DNA of 64,000 nt, taken from assembly GCA_009784625.1 (NCBI GenBank), contig WRBI01000009.1:727-64726 (forward strand), read 5' to 3'. The DNA is from Oscillospiraceae bacterium. GTDB lineage: Bacteria; Bacillota; Clostridia; Oscillospirales; Ruminococcaceae. The notes under the pieces are model-generated. The model was not told the origin of the DNA. It worked only from the letters and a program-made list of their open reading frames with translations, and did not search any database. Below are positions 1 to 9,791 of this stretch, one piece after another. Both the position numbers and the translations under genes were made by a program. The stretch's first letter is position 1, and every line of letters starts with the position of its first letter.

Positions 1-2
1 AG

Positions 3-431
3 CGATATTACGACTGGCTGGACAGAGCCGGTGAAGACATCACCGCGGCCGGGATGCTCGCACAAAACGACATCTGCTATAACTTGGCTGCTTTTCACTG
101 TCAACAGACGATCGAAAAGGCGCTCAAGGCGTATATTCTGCTCAAGACGGACGCGCTGCCGGACGGACACAACCTGCTCTGGCTTTGTAAGCGGGCCATG
201 CGTTATGATCCAATTTTTGGCGAGTGGATGGATAAAAGTGCCGCTTTGAGCAGATGCTATATCGAGACGCGTTACCCCGCCGACCTGCCCCTTGAGATTG
301 ACTACGCCAAAGTGATGGCGTACTATCGCATGGCCAAGGCAATGTACTTATTCATCTGTGCGGAAGTGGACAGCATCTTGGACCAAAACCGGGGCCACCC
401 GGCGCAAAACCCAAACAAAGCGGGAGGTTGA
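3..431 (+). CDS. HEPN domain protein, 5' end cut by the window edge
   Basis: The frame is open from nt 3 (RYYDWLDRAGEDITAAGMLAQ...). AFHCQQTIEKALKAYIL, GHNLLWL and ETRYP blocks match the HEPN (MNT/HEPN toxin-type) pattern. Stop is TGA at 429-431. Confidence 0.7.
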   Translation, partial: RYYDWLDRAGEDITAAGMLAQNDICYNLAAFHCQQTIEKALKAYILLKTDALPDGHNLLWLCKRAMRYDPIFGEWMDKSAALSRCYIETRYPADLPLEIDYAKVMAYYRMAKAMYLFICAEVDSILDQNRGHPAQNPNKAGG

Positions 432-436
432 TCACA

Positions 437-895
437 GTGAGCAAATACCTTGTGCGATATTTGATTTTTTTGGCCCCCGCGCTCTTGGCTTCTTATCTTT
501 TAGATGTCCGCCAGGCCGTTGTACAGATTATCCTTTGGTTTTTGGGCTTTGTCTTTTTGATTTGTTGGACGGTCAGCACCGGGATGTTTGCTTACAACAG
601 CCCGCGCGGGGCGCTTGCTTTTATCTTTGGGTACTTTGGGTTGTCTTCGCTGTTGATCAGGGGTTTGCATCAGGCGTCTTTCCGCTCGGCCGGTTATCTG
701 ATTTTCGACCATGTGGCCGGTGCAATCACTTATCGGCCGCTGTACATGCTCTATCTGACCCTGGTTGACAGCGGAGTGATGGCCGAGATGTGGGTAGCCG
801 GAATTGTGGCCGGATGCTGTCTGGCCGGCTTTTTGTGCGGCCTTGTTTACCGCCAGATACGGCCCAACCCTTACCGCCCTACTTTTTCGAGTTAA
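437..895 (+). CDS. Small multi-pass membrane protein (4-5 predicted TM helices), unknown function
   Basis: A GGGAGG RBS at 422-427 precedes GTG 437; an alternative TTG at 428 overlaps the HEPN stop. Hydrophobic stretches include YLIFLAPALLASYLL, VVQIILWFLGFVFLICWTV, ALAFIFGYFGLSSLLI and MWVAGIVAGCCLAGFLCGLVY. Confidence 0.55.
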   Translation: MSKYLVRYLIFLAPALLASYLLDVRQAVVQIILWFLGFVFLICWTVSTGMFAYNSPRGALAFIFGYFGLSSLLIRGLHQASFRSAGYLIFDHVAGAITYRPLYMLYLTLVDSGVMAEMWVAGIVAGCCLAGFLCGLVYRQIRPNPYRPTFSS

Positions 896-949
896 CCCAA
901 AAACATGGGCGAGAGAATTCTCCCGCCCATCATTTGTTGTGTTGCTGCG

Positions 950-2188
950 TTAACGGTTCATGGTCAGCGCTGAGCGGAGCAGTATTCCGAAAGCGCGGCC
1001 AAATGTCATCCGGTCAATTCCGTCCCCGGCGGTTAGCGGGTAGCTGCCGATCAATGCGCCCTCGACCATTACATCTACCCGGCCCAGCGTCTGCCCGGGA
1101 TAAACCGGCGCCTCGACGTTTTCAGCCAGGGTGATCACTTGTTCCAGCAGGTCTTGCTGCCCGCGTTCGACCAGGTAACTGCCCGGCGGGTCAAAGACCG
1201 GGGTAACCGATTCCGAAACCCCATGCAAGACCGGTACCGGGGTGAGCTCTGCGGCGATGGAGGGCGGGGTGACCGAAGTGAAGTTGGCAAAGCCGAAGTC
1301 GAGTAGCCCGCGCGCCGCCGCAAAGCGGGAGTCTGAGTTGGGGGCACCCATCACCACGGCCACCAGCGAGAGGTTATCCCGAGTGGCGGTGGCTGACAGA
1401 CAGCTGCCCGCCTGCCCGGTTGTTCCGGTTTTGAGTCCGGTTGCGCCCTGATAAAATCGAACCAGGCGGTTGGTGTTGACCAGCTGGGTCTCACCGCCCC
1501 GCAATTCATCCATCCAGATAGTTGAGTATTCCTTGATCAAGTCAAACGCGATCAGCTGCCGGGAGGCGATGGCCACATCCCGCGCGGTGGTCATATGACC
1601 CTCTTCGTCCAGGCCGGTGACGTTGCGAAAGTGGGTGCCGGTCATCCCCAGCTCGGCGGCGCGGGTGTTCATACGGTCCACAAAGGCCATTTCACTGCCG
1701 GCGATGTGCTCGGCCAGCGCAAAGGATGCGTCGTTCGCGCTGGCAATGGTCACCGCCCGCAAAAGCTGATCAACGGTCATCTCTTCCCCCACCCGCAGCC
1801 AGATCTGGCTGCCGCCCATGGAGGCCGCGTCCTCGGATGTCGTGACCATATCATCCAGGACGACCGCGCCGCTTGTGACCGCCTCCATGATCAAAAGCAA
1901 GGTCATGACCTTTGTGATGGACGCGGGGGCGACTTGTTCGTCGGCATTTTGCTCGAACAGGACCCGGCCTGAGTGCTGGTCGATCAAGATGGCTGAGCGG
2001 ACAGGCAAATCCTCGCTGAGGACCCCGCTGATCGGTATGGCATCCGGCCACTGTTCGTCGTCGCCCAGGCTTAAGTATACTTCTTGTGTCGGCTGGGGGG
2101 TCAGGTCTTCTTTTCCAAAGGCAAGGCCGCTGACCGGCCCGACCGCCAGCGCAAAAGCCAGCAGGCTCGCCGCGATTTTCTTAACCAT
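950..2188 (-). CDS. D-alanyl-D-alanine carboxypeptidase (low-MW PBP, S11 family)
   Basis: Carries SxxK (ASITKVMT), SxN (SANDAS) and KTG (LKTGTT) motifs plus a signal peptide MVKKIAASLLAFALAV. Start was moved to ATG 2188 because a GAGGTG RBS lies 5 nt upstream. Confidence 0.9.
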   Translation of the reverse strand: MVKKIAASLLAFALAVGPVSGLAFGKEDLTPQPTQEVYLSLGDDEQWPDAIPISGVLSEDLPVRSAILIDQHSGRVLFEQNADEQVAPASITKVMTLLLIMEAVTSGAVVLDDMVTTSEDAASMGGSQIWLRVGEEMTVDQLLRAVTIASANDASFALAEHIAGSEMAFVDRMNTRAAELGMTGTHFRNVTGLDEEGHMTTARDVAIASRQLIAFDLIKEYSTIWMDELRGGETQLVNTNRLVRFYQGATGLKTGTTGQAGSCLSATATRDNLSLVAVVMGAPNSDSRFAAARGLLDFGFANFTSVTPPSIAAELTPVPVLHGVSESVTPVFDPPGSYLVERGQQDLLEQVITLAENVEAPVYPGQTLGRVDVMVEGALIGSYPLTAGDGIDRMTFGRAFGILLRSALTMNR

Positions 2189-2316
2189 AACAACACCTCG
2201 TCGCAAGAATTGGCTTGACTGTAATAATGTATGCGGCCAAACTGTAAAAGATGCTAAAGCCTGACCGCGGGCGGGCGATAATAACTATGTAGGTATTACA
2301 ACAGGGAGGGTTTATC

Positions 2317-2949
2317 TTGCCCATTTATGTAAATGTCATCATCTTTCTTTTGGTCTGTGGGATTGTCAGCTGTCTGATCGCGATGTTTGTGCTCATTTCG
2401 CGGGGCGAAAAAAAGCTGAATGTCAGACGGCTGCCGCCCATTGAGGCATGTCCGCTGCTCGGCGAAAAACACATCGAGCTACAAGAAGACTTGAGCGCCA
2501 TCAGCGAAAAACTGGGTCTGCAAACCTATGTCAAGATCAGTGTGGGCGACTTTGTCGAGGCCAGAGACTTGGGCATCCGGCAGAAATGGCGGGACGCGCT
2601 TGCCCAGTACAAGATCGACTTTGCGATCTGTGACCCGCGCACCAATAAAATTTTGCTGGCTGTCTTTCCGGTAGAGCCGGACAAGCCCCCGGAGGCCAGT
2701 CAAGAGATCGTCATCAAAGCGCTGGATCAGGTGGAGATCCCCCATCTGCAACTGGGCAACTATAACCGCGGCGGCCTTGAAAAAGCGCTGAAAGAGCGGT
2801 TGGGTTCAGCTTTGCCTGAACCGCCGCCCAAGAAGAAAGGCAAATCGCCGCCATCCCAAAACGCCGGTGAGCAGCCGGAGGCCGCCCAACCGGTAGCGCA
2901 AGCGGCCGCACCGCCGCCCACACCTGAAGCGGCAACTGCGGAGGGCTAA
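2317..2949 (+). CDS. Membrane-anchored protein with a DUF2726-like (nuclease-fold related) domain and a Pro/Ala-rich tail
   Basis: TTG start follows an AGGGAGGG RBS. It has an N-terminal TM helix, a block YVKISVGDFVEA...YKIDFAICDPRTNKILLAVFPVE recalled as DUF2726-like, and a C-terminal PEPPPKKKGKSPP...AAPPPTPEA tail. Confidence 0.5.
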   Translation: MPIYVNVIIFLLVCGIVSCLIAMFVLISRGEKKLNVRRLPPIEACPLLGEKHIELQEDLSAISEKLGLQTYVKISVGDFVEARDLGIRQKWRDALAQYKIDFAICDPRTNKILLAVFPVEPDKPPEASQEIVIKALDQVEIPHLQLGNYNRGGLEKALKERLGSALPEPPPKKKGKSPPSQNAGEQPEAAQPVAQAAAPPPTPEAATAEG

Positions 2950-2952
2950 CTC

Positions 2953-4254
2953 GTGACCAAACCTTTAAACTACCAGCAAGCGGTCGACTTTATCCACTCG
3001 ATTGCCAGGTTTGGCAGTATGCCCGGGCTTGAGCGGGTTCGCCTGCTTCTTGAGCGGATGGGCAATCCGCAAAAGAGCCTCAAATTCATACATGTGGCCG
3101 GGACAAACGGCAAAGGCTCAACCTGTTCTATGATCAGCCAGGCGCTGCGGGAGGCCGGTTACAAGACCGGGCTGTACATCTCGCCCTATGTGCTTGACTT
3201 TCGCGAACGGATTCAGATCGACAACCAAATGATTGAACCGGAAGAGTTTGCCTGCTCGGCCACTCTGGTCAAAGGCCACTGGGATGCGCTGAACGCGATC
3301 GGTGAAATGCCGTCTGAATTCGAGACACTGGTGGCCGCCGCCTTTGACTACTTTGTCCGCAAACAGGTGGACATCGTCGTCCTCGAAGTGGGGATGGGCG
3401 GCCGGCTGGACGCGACCAACATCATTGACCCGCCGCTGGTTTCGGTGATCACCAGCCTTGGGATGGATCACATGGAGTACTTAGGCAACACAATCGACAA
3501 GATCGCCTTTGAAAAGTGCGGGATCATCAAACCCGGCGCGATCACGGTCTGTTATCCCGAACAGGAGCCGGAAGCAATGGCAGTCATCGAGCGGCGTTGT
3601 CGCGAAGAGGGCAACGAGCTGATTTTGCCCGCCCGCCCGATTGTCAAAGAGATGAATTTTTTCGGCACGCAGATGGTTTATAACGGGCTGTCGCTGAATG
3701 TGCCGCTGATCGGCGCACATCAAGTCAAGAACGCGTCGGTGGCGCTGGCCGCCCTCAAAGCTTTGGGGGAGCGGGGATTCCCGGCAAGTGACGGGCAGAT
3801 TGCGCGCGGCATTGGGCAAGTGTCCTTTCCCGCCCGTCTGGAGGTGCTTGGCCGCGATCCGCTGACTGTGCTGGATGGCGCGCACAACCAGAGCGGGGCG
3901 CAGGTGCTGGGCAAAGCGCTTGAGATGCTGCGCGGCAAAAAGATTCACGCGGTGATGGGGATGCTCTCCAACAAAGACGTAGCTGGCGTACTGGCCGAAA
4001 TTCTGCCACACTGTGAGAGTTTGACCACCCTGCCTGTAGACGGCGCACCAATGAATATGGGGCTTAGCCCTGAGCAGTTGGCCGATATGGCCAGCCCTTA
4101 CTGCGAGGCGCGGCACATCGCCGGCGATGTGCCGTCAGGCCTCAAAGCGGCATATGCACGCTGTGGCAAAGATGACGTACTGCTGGTTTGTGGCTCACTC
4201 TATCTGGCGAGTACACTGCGGCCGCTGATGATCGCGTTGGCAGAGAATAAATAA
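2953..4254 (+). CDS. folC: Folylpolyglutamate synthase / dihydrofolate synthase
   Basis: Mur-ligase P-loop HVAGTNGKGST; 433 aa; FolC-like throughout. Confidence 0.92.
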   Translation: MTKPLNYQQAVDFIHSIARFGSMPGLERVRLLLERMGNPQKSLKFIHVAGTNGKGSTCSMISQALREAGYKTGLYISPYVLDFRERIQIDNQMIEPEEFACSATLVKGHWDALNAIGEMPSEFETLVAAAFDYFVRKQVDIVVLEVGMGGRLDATNIIDPPLVSVITSLGMDHMEYLGNTIDKIAFEKCGIIKPGAITVCYPEQEPEAMAVIERRCREEGNELILPARPIVKEMNFFGTQMVYNGLSLNVPLIGAHQVKNASVALAALKALGERGFPASDGQIARGIGQVSFPARLEVLGRDPLTVLDGAHNQSGAQVLGKALEMLRGKKIHAVMGMLSNKDVAGVLAEILPHCESLTTLPVDGAPMNMGLSPEQLADMASPYCEARHIAGDVPSGLKAAYARCGKDDVLLVCGSLYLASTLRPLMIALAENK

Positions 4255-4315
4255 CAAGATGTTGAAAATTATTATGTATCAACATTGAGTTGTTGAAAAA
4301 TAACACAAAAACAAT

Positions 4316-4352
4316 ACAGAGTGTTGACAATTCAAATTTGTCAACACTCTGT
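4316..4352. terminator. Bidirectional intrinsic terminator between convergent folC and argF
   Basis: A 15-bp stem ACAGAGTGTTGACAA / TTGTCAACACTCTGT has T-rich flanks on both strands. A smaller hairpin ATGTTGA..TCAACAT lies at about 4259-4285. Confidence 0.75.
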
Positions 4353-4370
4353 TGTTTATTGCGGTCAGGT

Positions 4371-5279
4371 TTACTTGTCTTTGAGCAGGGTGACCAGCAC
4401 GGCTTTTTGGGCGTGCAGGCGGTTTTCGGCTTCGTCGATAATCTCGGGATGGGCATCCATGATCTCGGCGGTGATCTCTTCACCGCGGTGAGCGGGCAGG
4501 CAGTGGAGGACGATGGCGTCCGGTTTTGCGTGTGTCATCAGGCTGTCGTTGACCTGGAAGCCTGCGAATGCTTTCCGGCGGGCTTCGGCCTGGTCGCCCT
4601 GATCCATCGAAGTCCAAACATCGGTGACGACCACGTCGGCGTCTTTTACCCCCGCGTGGATGTCGTCGGTGATTTTGAACGCGGGGTTGTCTTTTGCAAA
4701 AGCCATTACGTCCGGGTGCAGCTTGTCGTAGCCCTTGGGCATGGCCATGACCACTTCCATCCCGACTTTGAGGCCGCCGACGGTCAGTGAGTTTGCCATG
4801 TTGTGCCCATCGCCGACAAAGCACATTTTCAGGCCGCTGAGTACTTTTTTGTGTTCGCGGATGGTCATCAGGTCGGCGAGCACCTGACAGGGGTGGAAGG
4901 AGTCGGTCAACCCGTTGATGACCGGAATACTGCCGTATTTGGCAAGGTCCTCAACGTCGCTCTGCTTGAATGTGCGGATCATAATCCCGTCAATATAGCG
5001 GGAGAGGACTTTGGCGGTGTCTTCGATCGGCTCGCCGCGGCCCAGCTGTAAATCGTTGGCCGACAGGAATAGCGGATAGCCGCCCAACTGAACCATCCCC
5101 ACCTCAAAGCTGACCCGTGTGCGGGTTGAGGATTTGGTAAATATGAGCCCGAGGGTCTTGCCTTTCAGGTGGTGGTGTTCGACCCCGTTTTTGGTCTCGT
5201 ATTTGAGCTGGTCGGCCATGTTGAGCAGGCCAATGATCTCGTCACCGGTCAAGTCAAGCAGTTTGAGTAAATGTTGCAT
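4371..5279 (-). CDS. argF: Ornithine carbamoyltransferase
   Basis: STRTR, HPCQ and HCLP motifs; 302 aa. Confidence 0.95.
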   Translation of the reverse strand: MQHLLKLLDLTGDEIIGLLNMADQLKYETKNGVEHHHLKGKTLGLIFTKSSTRTRVSFEVGMVQLGGYPLFLSANDLQLGRGEPIEDTAKVLSRYIDGIMIRTFKQSDVEDLAKYGSIPVINGLTDSFHPCQVLADLMTIREHKKVLSGLKMCFVGDGHNMANSLTVGGLKVGMEVVMAMPKGYDKLHPDVMAFAKDNPAFKITDDIHAGVKDADVVVTDVWTSMDQGDQAEARRKAFAGFQVNDSLMTHAKPDAIVLHCLPAHRGEEITAEIMDAHPEIIDEAENRLHAQKAVLVTLLKDK

Positions 5280-5300
5280 TGGTAACGCGCCTCCTTGGAT

Positions 5301-6482
5301 TTATTGAAATGTTTTAAACACTTGGGTTAGGATGTCCAGCCCGGCATCCAACTCGGCTTTGGTGATGGTCAGCGGCGGCAAAAACCGCAGGCGGTCTTTG
5401 GCGGTGAGCAGCAACAGTCCACGCTCCAGGCAAACCGCGGTAACATCCGAATTTTTGATCCCGTCAGCCAGCGCCGCGCCCAGCATCAGGCCCTTGCCGG
5501 ATACCTCGGTGATCTCGGGTATGGATTCCAGCTTTTCGCGCAGGTAATCGCCTTTGTGGGTGACTTCGGCTAAGAGCGCGTCGTCTATCATATCCATCAC
5601 GGCGTTTGCGCCCGCACAGCAGATGGGGTTTGCTCCGAAAGTAGAGCCGTGATCTCCCGGGCCGAGTGTGGCTGCCAGCTTTTCGCCGAACAGAACCGCG
5701 CCGATTGGCAATCCGCCGCCCAGCCCTTTGGCCAGTGTGACCAGATCGGGCTTGACCCCGTAGTGTTCGATGCACAGGAACTTGCCGGTTCGCCCGACCC
5801 CGGTCTGGATTTCATCCACCATCAGCAGGATATCCCGCTCCGCGCAGAGCGCGGCGACTGCGGCCATATAGTCCGGCTCAACCGGTATTACCCCGCCCTC
5901 GCCCTGTATGCACTCAAGCAGGATCGCGCCGACTTTGCCGGTGCACTTTTTGCGCAGGCTGGCGATGTCGTTGATCTCAGCAAAGGCAATCCCGGTCAGG
6001 AAAGGCCCGAAGTGTTTGTGGTATTGCGGCTGCCCGGTGGCTGAGAGGGAGGCCATTGTCCGGCCATGGAAAGAGTTTGCGAGGCATAAAATCTCGCTGC
6101 GCTCGTTGGGATAGTGGTCACTCATGTACTTGCGGGCGGTTTTGATGGCGCACTCGTTTGCCTCTGTCCCCGAATTGGAGAAGAAGACCCGCGACATACC
6201 GGTTCGCGCGCAGAGTTTTTCGGCCAGTTCGATCATAGGCCGGGTGTAGTAAAGGTTGGAGACATGCGCGAGTTTGGCCGCCTGCTCGGTGACCGCGCGC
6301 ACCCACGCGGGATTGGCGTGCCCGACCGAGACCACCCCGATCCCGGACGAGAAATCGATCAGCTCTTTCCCCTGTGCGTCGGTGAGGGTTGCCCCGACAC
6401 CTGACTCGATCAGGGTTTGCTGCCGGGCGTAAGTACCCGCGATGTGTGCCGCGTCTTTCCCGCGCAATTGCTCAAAGGTCAT
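5301..6482 (-). CDS. argD: Acetylornithine aminotransferase (class III PLP)
   Basis: 393 aa with class-III aminotransferase blocks (SNSGTEANE, DEIQTG, TLAKGLGGG). Sits inside the arg operon. Confidence 0.93.
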   Translation of the reverse strand: MTFEQLRGKDAAHIAGTYARQQTLIESGVGATLTDAQGKELIDFSSGIGVVSVGHANPAWVRAVTEQAAKLAHVSNLYYTRPMIELAEKLCARTGMSRVFFSNSGTEANECAIKTARKYMSDHYPNERSEILCLANSFHGRTMASLSATGQPQYHKHFGPFLTGIAFAEINDIASLRKKCTGKVGAILLECIQGEGGVIPVEPDYMAAVAALCAERDILLMVDEIQTGVGRTGKFLCIEHYGVKPDLVTLAKGLGGGLPIGAVLFGEKLAATLGPGDHGSTFGANPICCAGANAVMDMIDDALLAEVTHKGDYLREKLESIPEITEVSGKGLMLGAALADGIKNSDVTAVCLERGLLLLTAKDRLRFLPPLTITKAELDAGLDILTQVFKTFQ

Positions 6483-6504
6483 GTTATCCCGCCTTTGTGT
6501 GATT

Positions 6505-7368
6505 TTATACTCTGAACATAGTCCCGATGCCCTCGTTGGTCATCAGTTCGATCAGAATCGAGTGTGGGATTCGCCCGTCAATGATAAACGCTTTTTTGAC
6601 CTCCTGCCGGACAGCCAGCACACAGCTCTCGATTTTGGGGATCATCCCGCCTGAGATGATGCCGTCCCGGATGAGTGCGGGTACATCGCTGATGTTGACT
6701 TGGTGGATGAGTGTGCTCTCATCGCTGCGGTCGGTCAAAAGCCCGGCTACGTCGGTCATCAGAATCAATGTCTCGGCTTTGAGCGCACCGGCAACAGCGG
6801 CGGCGGCCGTGTCCGCGTTGATGTTGTAGACGTTCCCTTCGCTGTCCCCGCCGACGGTTGAGATGACCGGGATGTAGCCCCCGGCCAGTTGGTCGTGAAT
6901 GACGGACGCGTTTACCTCGGTGATCTCGCCGACATAACCAAGATCGACGTCGCCCCCCATTTTTTTAGCGGTGATCAGCCCGCCGTCCAGCCCGCAAAGA
7001 CCGATGGCTTTGCCGCCGTTCCGGGTGAGCAGGCCGACCAAATCTTTGTTGGTTTTGCCCGCCAGCACCATCTGCACGACTTTGGCGGTTTCTTCATCGG
7101 TGTAGCGCAGGCCGTTTACGAATCTGCTTTCCATATTCATCTGGCCGAGTGTGGCGCTTATTTCAGGGCCGCCGCCATGTACCAGAACGACTTTGATTCC
7201 AATCAGTGAGAGCAGCACAACGTCGCTCATCACAGCCTGTTTAAGCTCGTCGCTCTGCATGGCGTTTCCGCCGTATTTGATGACCACAACTTTGCCGAAA
7301 TACTTTTGGATGTAAGGCAACGCCTGAATCAGAACATTTGCTACCGTTTTGTTGTCGATGTCTATCAT
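6505..7368 (-). CDS. argB: Acetylglutamate kinase
   Basis: 287 aa with VIKYGGNAM and VLVHGGGP motifs; arg operon context. Confidence 0.95.
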   Translation of the reverse strand: MIDIDNKTVANVLIQALPYIQKYFGKVVVIKYGGNAMQSDELKQAVMSDVVLLSLIGIKVVLVHGGGPEISATLGQMNMESRFVNGLRYTDEETAKVVQMVLAGKTNKDLVGLLTRNGGKAIGLCGLDGGLITAKKMGGDVDLGYVGEITEVNASVIHDQLAGGYIPVISTVGGDSEGNVYNINADTAAAAVAGALKAETLILMTDVAGLLTDRSDESTLIHQVNISDVPALIRDGIISGGMIPKIESCVLAVRQEVKKAFIIDGRIPHSILIELMTNEGIGTMFRV

Positions 7369-8591
7369 GTGCGATAATCTCCGTTAATCTTTACATAGTC
7401 GTAGCTCAGGTCACAGCCCCAGGCCACCGCGCCGCCATCCGCCTGATTTAGCTCAACCTGAATTTCAATTTCTTCGCAGGCGAGAACTTTCGCCGCCTCG
7501 TCCTCCGAGAAAGGTAGCCCCCCGCCATTTTGGTAAACGGTGACCTCCCCGCCCTGTGAAACCAGTGTGACTTTAGTCCCGGCCGGGTCGAAGTCGGCGC
7601 TCGCATAGCCCATAGCGCAGAGAATCCGGCCCCAGTTGGCGTCCTCGCCAAACATCGCGCACTTGACCAGATTAGAGCAGATGATCGACTTGGCAAGTAC
7701 ACCTGCGGTTTTGTCGTCGACAGCGCCGGTCACAATGCACTCAAGCAGTTTGGTCGCGCCCTCGCCGTCCCGGGCCATAATCCGCGCGAGATAGATACAG
7801 ACGTGTGTGAGCGCTTTTACAAAGAGATCGTAATCTTCGCCGTGACCGGTGATCTCGTCATTGCCGGCCAAACCGTTTGCCAAAATCGCGCACATGTCGT
7901 TGGTCGAGGTGTCGCCGTCTACACTGACCATGTTAAATGTTTTTGGGACGACCATCCCCAGCGCTTCTTTGAGCATGTCGGATGAGACGGCTGTGTCTGT
8001 GGTCAAAAAGGCGAGCATAGTGGCCATGTTCGGGTGAATCATCCCCGAGCCTTTTGAGATTCCGCCCAGTGTACAAACTTTGCCGTTTAGCTCGAAAGAT
8101 ACGGCCACTTCTTTTTCCCGCAGGTCGGTGGTCATGATGGCTCTGGCCGCTGCCTTACTGCCGGCCGGCTGTGCGCTGATCCCCTTGACCAGTTCGGTCA
8201 TCGCGCCCTCAATGAGTGAGACATTCAGCGGCTGGCCGATCACTCCGGTGGATGCGACAATCACATCCACCGGGCTTAAGTTCAGCGCATTGCCGGTCAG
8301 GTCACACATTCGCTCGGCCACCTGTACCCCGTCGGCATTGCAGGCGTTGGCGTTCCCGCTGTTGCAGATGATGGCCTGTGCCGCGCCGTCTTCCAGATTG
8401 CCTTGTGTAACCTGAATGGGTGCGGCCTGTACTTTGTTGGTGGTATAGCTGGCCGCCGCCGTACAGGGTACTTTGCTGTAAATCAGAGCCAGGTCACTCT
8501 TGTCCGTGCGTTTTGCCAGTCCACAGTGGACGCCCCCAGCCAGAAACCCGCCGGCCGCGCAAACGCCGCCCTCAACCTGTTTGATTGACAT
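7365..8591 (-). CDS. argJ: Bifunctional ornithine acetyltransferase / N-acetylglutamate synthase
   Basis: ArgJ family with the autoprocessing-site region ATMLAFLTTD. Start set at ATG 8591 (RBS AAGGGAG 8 nt upstream); the ORF track's 8609 start would lie inside that RBS. Confidence 0.93.
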   Translation of the reverse strand: MSIKQVEGGVCAAGGFLAGGVHCGLAKRTDKSDLALIYSKVPCTAAASYTTNKVQAAPIQVTQGNLEDGAAQAIICNSGNANACNADGVQVAERMCDLTGNALNLSPVDVIVASTGVIGQPLNVSLIEGAMTELVKGISAQPAGSKAAARAIMTTDLREKEVAVSFELNGKVCTLGGISKGSGMIHPNMATMLAFLTTDTAVSSDMLKEALGMVVPKTFNMVSVDGDTSTNDMCAILANGLAGNDEITGHGEDYDLFVKALTHVCIYLARIMARDGEGATKLLECIVTGAVDDKTAGVLAKSIICSNLVKCAMFGEDANWGRILCAMGYASADFDPAGTKVTLVSQGGEVTVYQNGGGLPFSEDEAAKVLACEEIEIQVELNQADGGAVAWGCDLSYDYVKINGDYRT

Positions 8592-8642
8592 ATGATGAAC
8601 TCCCTTCAATCACGAATGTTACGATAGGTTCTTTTCCCCACC

Positions 8643-9602
8643 CTATTGTAACACAAGTCCGGTGTCTTCGGGAAGACCAAAAGAGATATTCATGCACTGA
8701 ATCGCGCCGCCTGACGCACCTTTTCCCAAATTATCGAACCGGGCGGCCAGAATGGCCCGCTCGCGGTTCCCGCAGACGAATATTTCCAGATCATCCCGGC
8801 CGGCCAGTGCCTGCGCATCCAGCATGGTTTCAGGCAGGGATTCCTCTGCCTGCCAGCCGCGGACTTTGACCAGCTTTTGCCCGGCATAATAATCAGAGAA
8901 GAATTGGTGGAGTTCTTGCGCGCTGAGCGGTTTTTGCAACAGTCGCAGGTGAATGGGAACAGTGACCACCATCCCGGCGTAAAAGTCGGCGATGATCGGA
9001 TTGAAAGCCGGCGGGTGGGCAAGCCCGGATATCTTTTGCATTTCGGGTAAGTGTTTGTGGTTTTGTGTGAGCGCGTATTGGCGGGGGATGGCGTATTCCA
9101 CCGGCCGGTCAGATTGACCATACGCGGCAATCACCGCTTTGCCCGCCCCGCTGAAACCGGTGATCGAGTGAGCGGTAAAAGGGTAGTCGGGCGGCGCGAT
9201 TCCCGCCGCAGCCAGCGGCGCAGCCAGCAAGTTAAACCCGGTAGCGTGACAGCCGGGTACACAGATGCGGTTTGCCGCCGCAATCTGCTCCCGCCGGGCG
9301 GTTGAAAGCTCGGGCAGGCCGTAAGTCCAATCATCGAGTACTCGGTGGGCGGTGGATGCGTCTATGATCTTTACGTTCGGGCTGGTGATTCCGGAAACAG
9401 CGGCCTTTGCGGCTGCATCAGGCAGGCAGAGAAAGACAAGGTCGGCGGCATTCGAAATTTTAGCCTTGGCCGCCTCGTCTTTGCGCAGAGCCGGGTCAAT
9501 CGAAAGGAGCGTCACGTCAGTCCGGCCGCTCAGCCGCTCGGCCAGCCGCAGCCCGGTCGTTCCCTCGCCCCCGTCAATAAATACGCGAATCGGCATGGTC
9601 AA
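8643..9602 (-). CDS. argC: N-acetyl-gamma-glutamyl-phosphate reductase (short, type-2 form)
   Basis: 319 aa with GGEGTTG NAD-binding and PGCHATG active-site Cys. First gene of the argCJBDF string. Confidence 0.92.
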   Translation of the reverse strand: MTMPIRVFIDGGEGTTGLRLAERLSGRTDVTLLSIDPALRKDEAAKAKISNAADLVFLCLPDAAAKAAVSGITSPNVKIIDASTAHRVLDDWTYGLPELSTARREQIAAANRICVPGCHATGFNLLAAPLAAAGIAPPDYPFTAHSITGFSGAGKAVIAAYGQSDRPVEYAIPRQYALTQNHKHLPEMQKISGLAHPPAFNPIIADFYAGMVVTVPIHLRLLQKPLSAQELHQFFSDYYAGQKLVKVRGWQAEESLPETMLDAQALAGRDDLEIFVCGNRERAILAARFDNLGKGASGGAIQCMNISFGLPEDTGLVLQ

Positions 9603-9791
9603 TCCGTCCTTATAATCATGTTTTAATTTGACGCAAATCGCGCCCGAATTAATATTTATACCTTATTATTGTTATTATTATACACAAACATCTGGGGAAT
9701 TTCAAGTATGTGGCGTATATATATTCTGTGTTTAGTAATTTTGTACACAACTACAAGATCACAGCAACTGTCCACTGTAAATTGTCAACTG

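Noticed and set aside
4255-4370. The folC/argF spacer as a member of the palindromic repeat family
   Set aside because: It contains TTGACA/TTGAAA-type words and two hairpins but lacks the paired GC boxes and the AACAATGA/TCATTGTT junctions. It is adequately explained as convergent terminators.
9645-9660. ARG-box-like sequence CGAATTAATATTTATA upstream of argC
   Set aside because: It is only a half-convincing match to the TGAAT-N-ATTCA type consensus in a generally AT-rich spacer. I could not place a promoter relative to it, so it is too weak to call.
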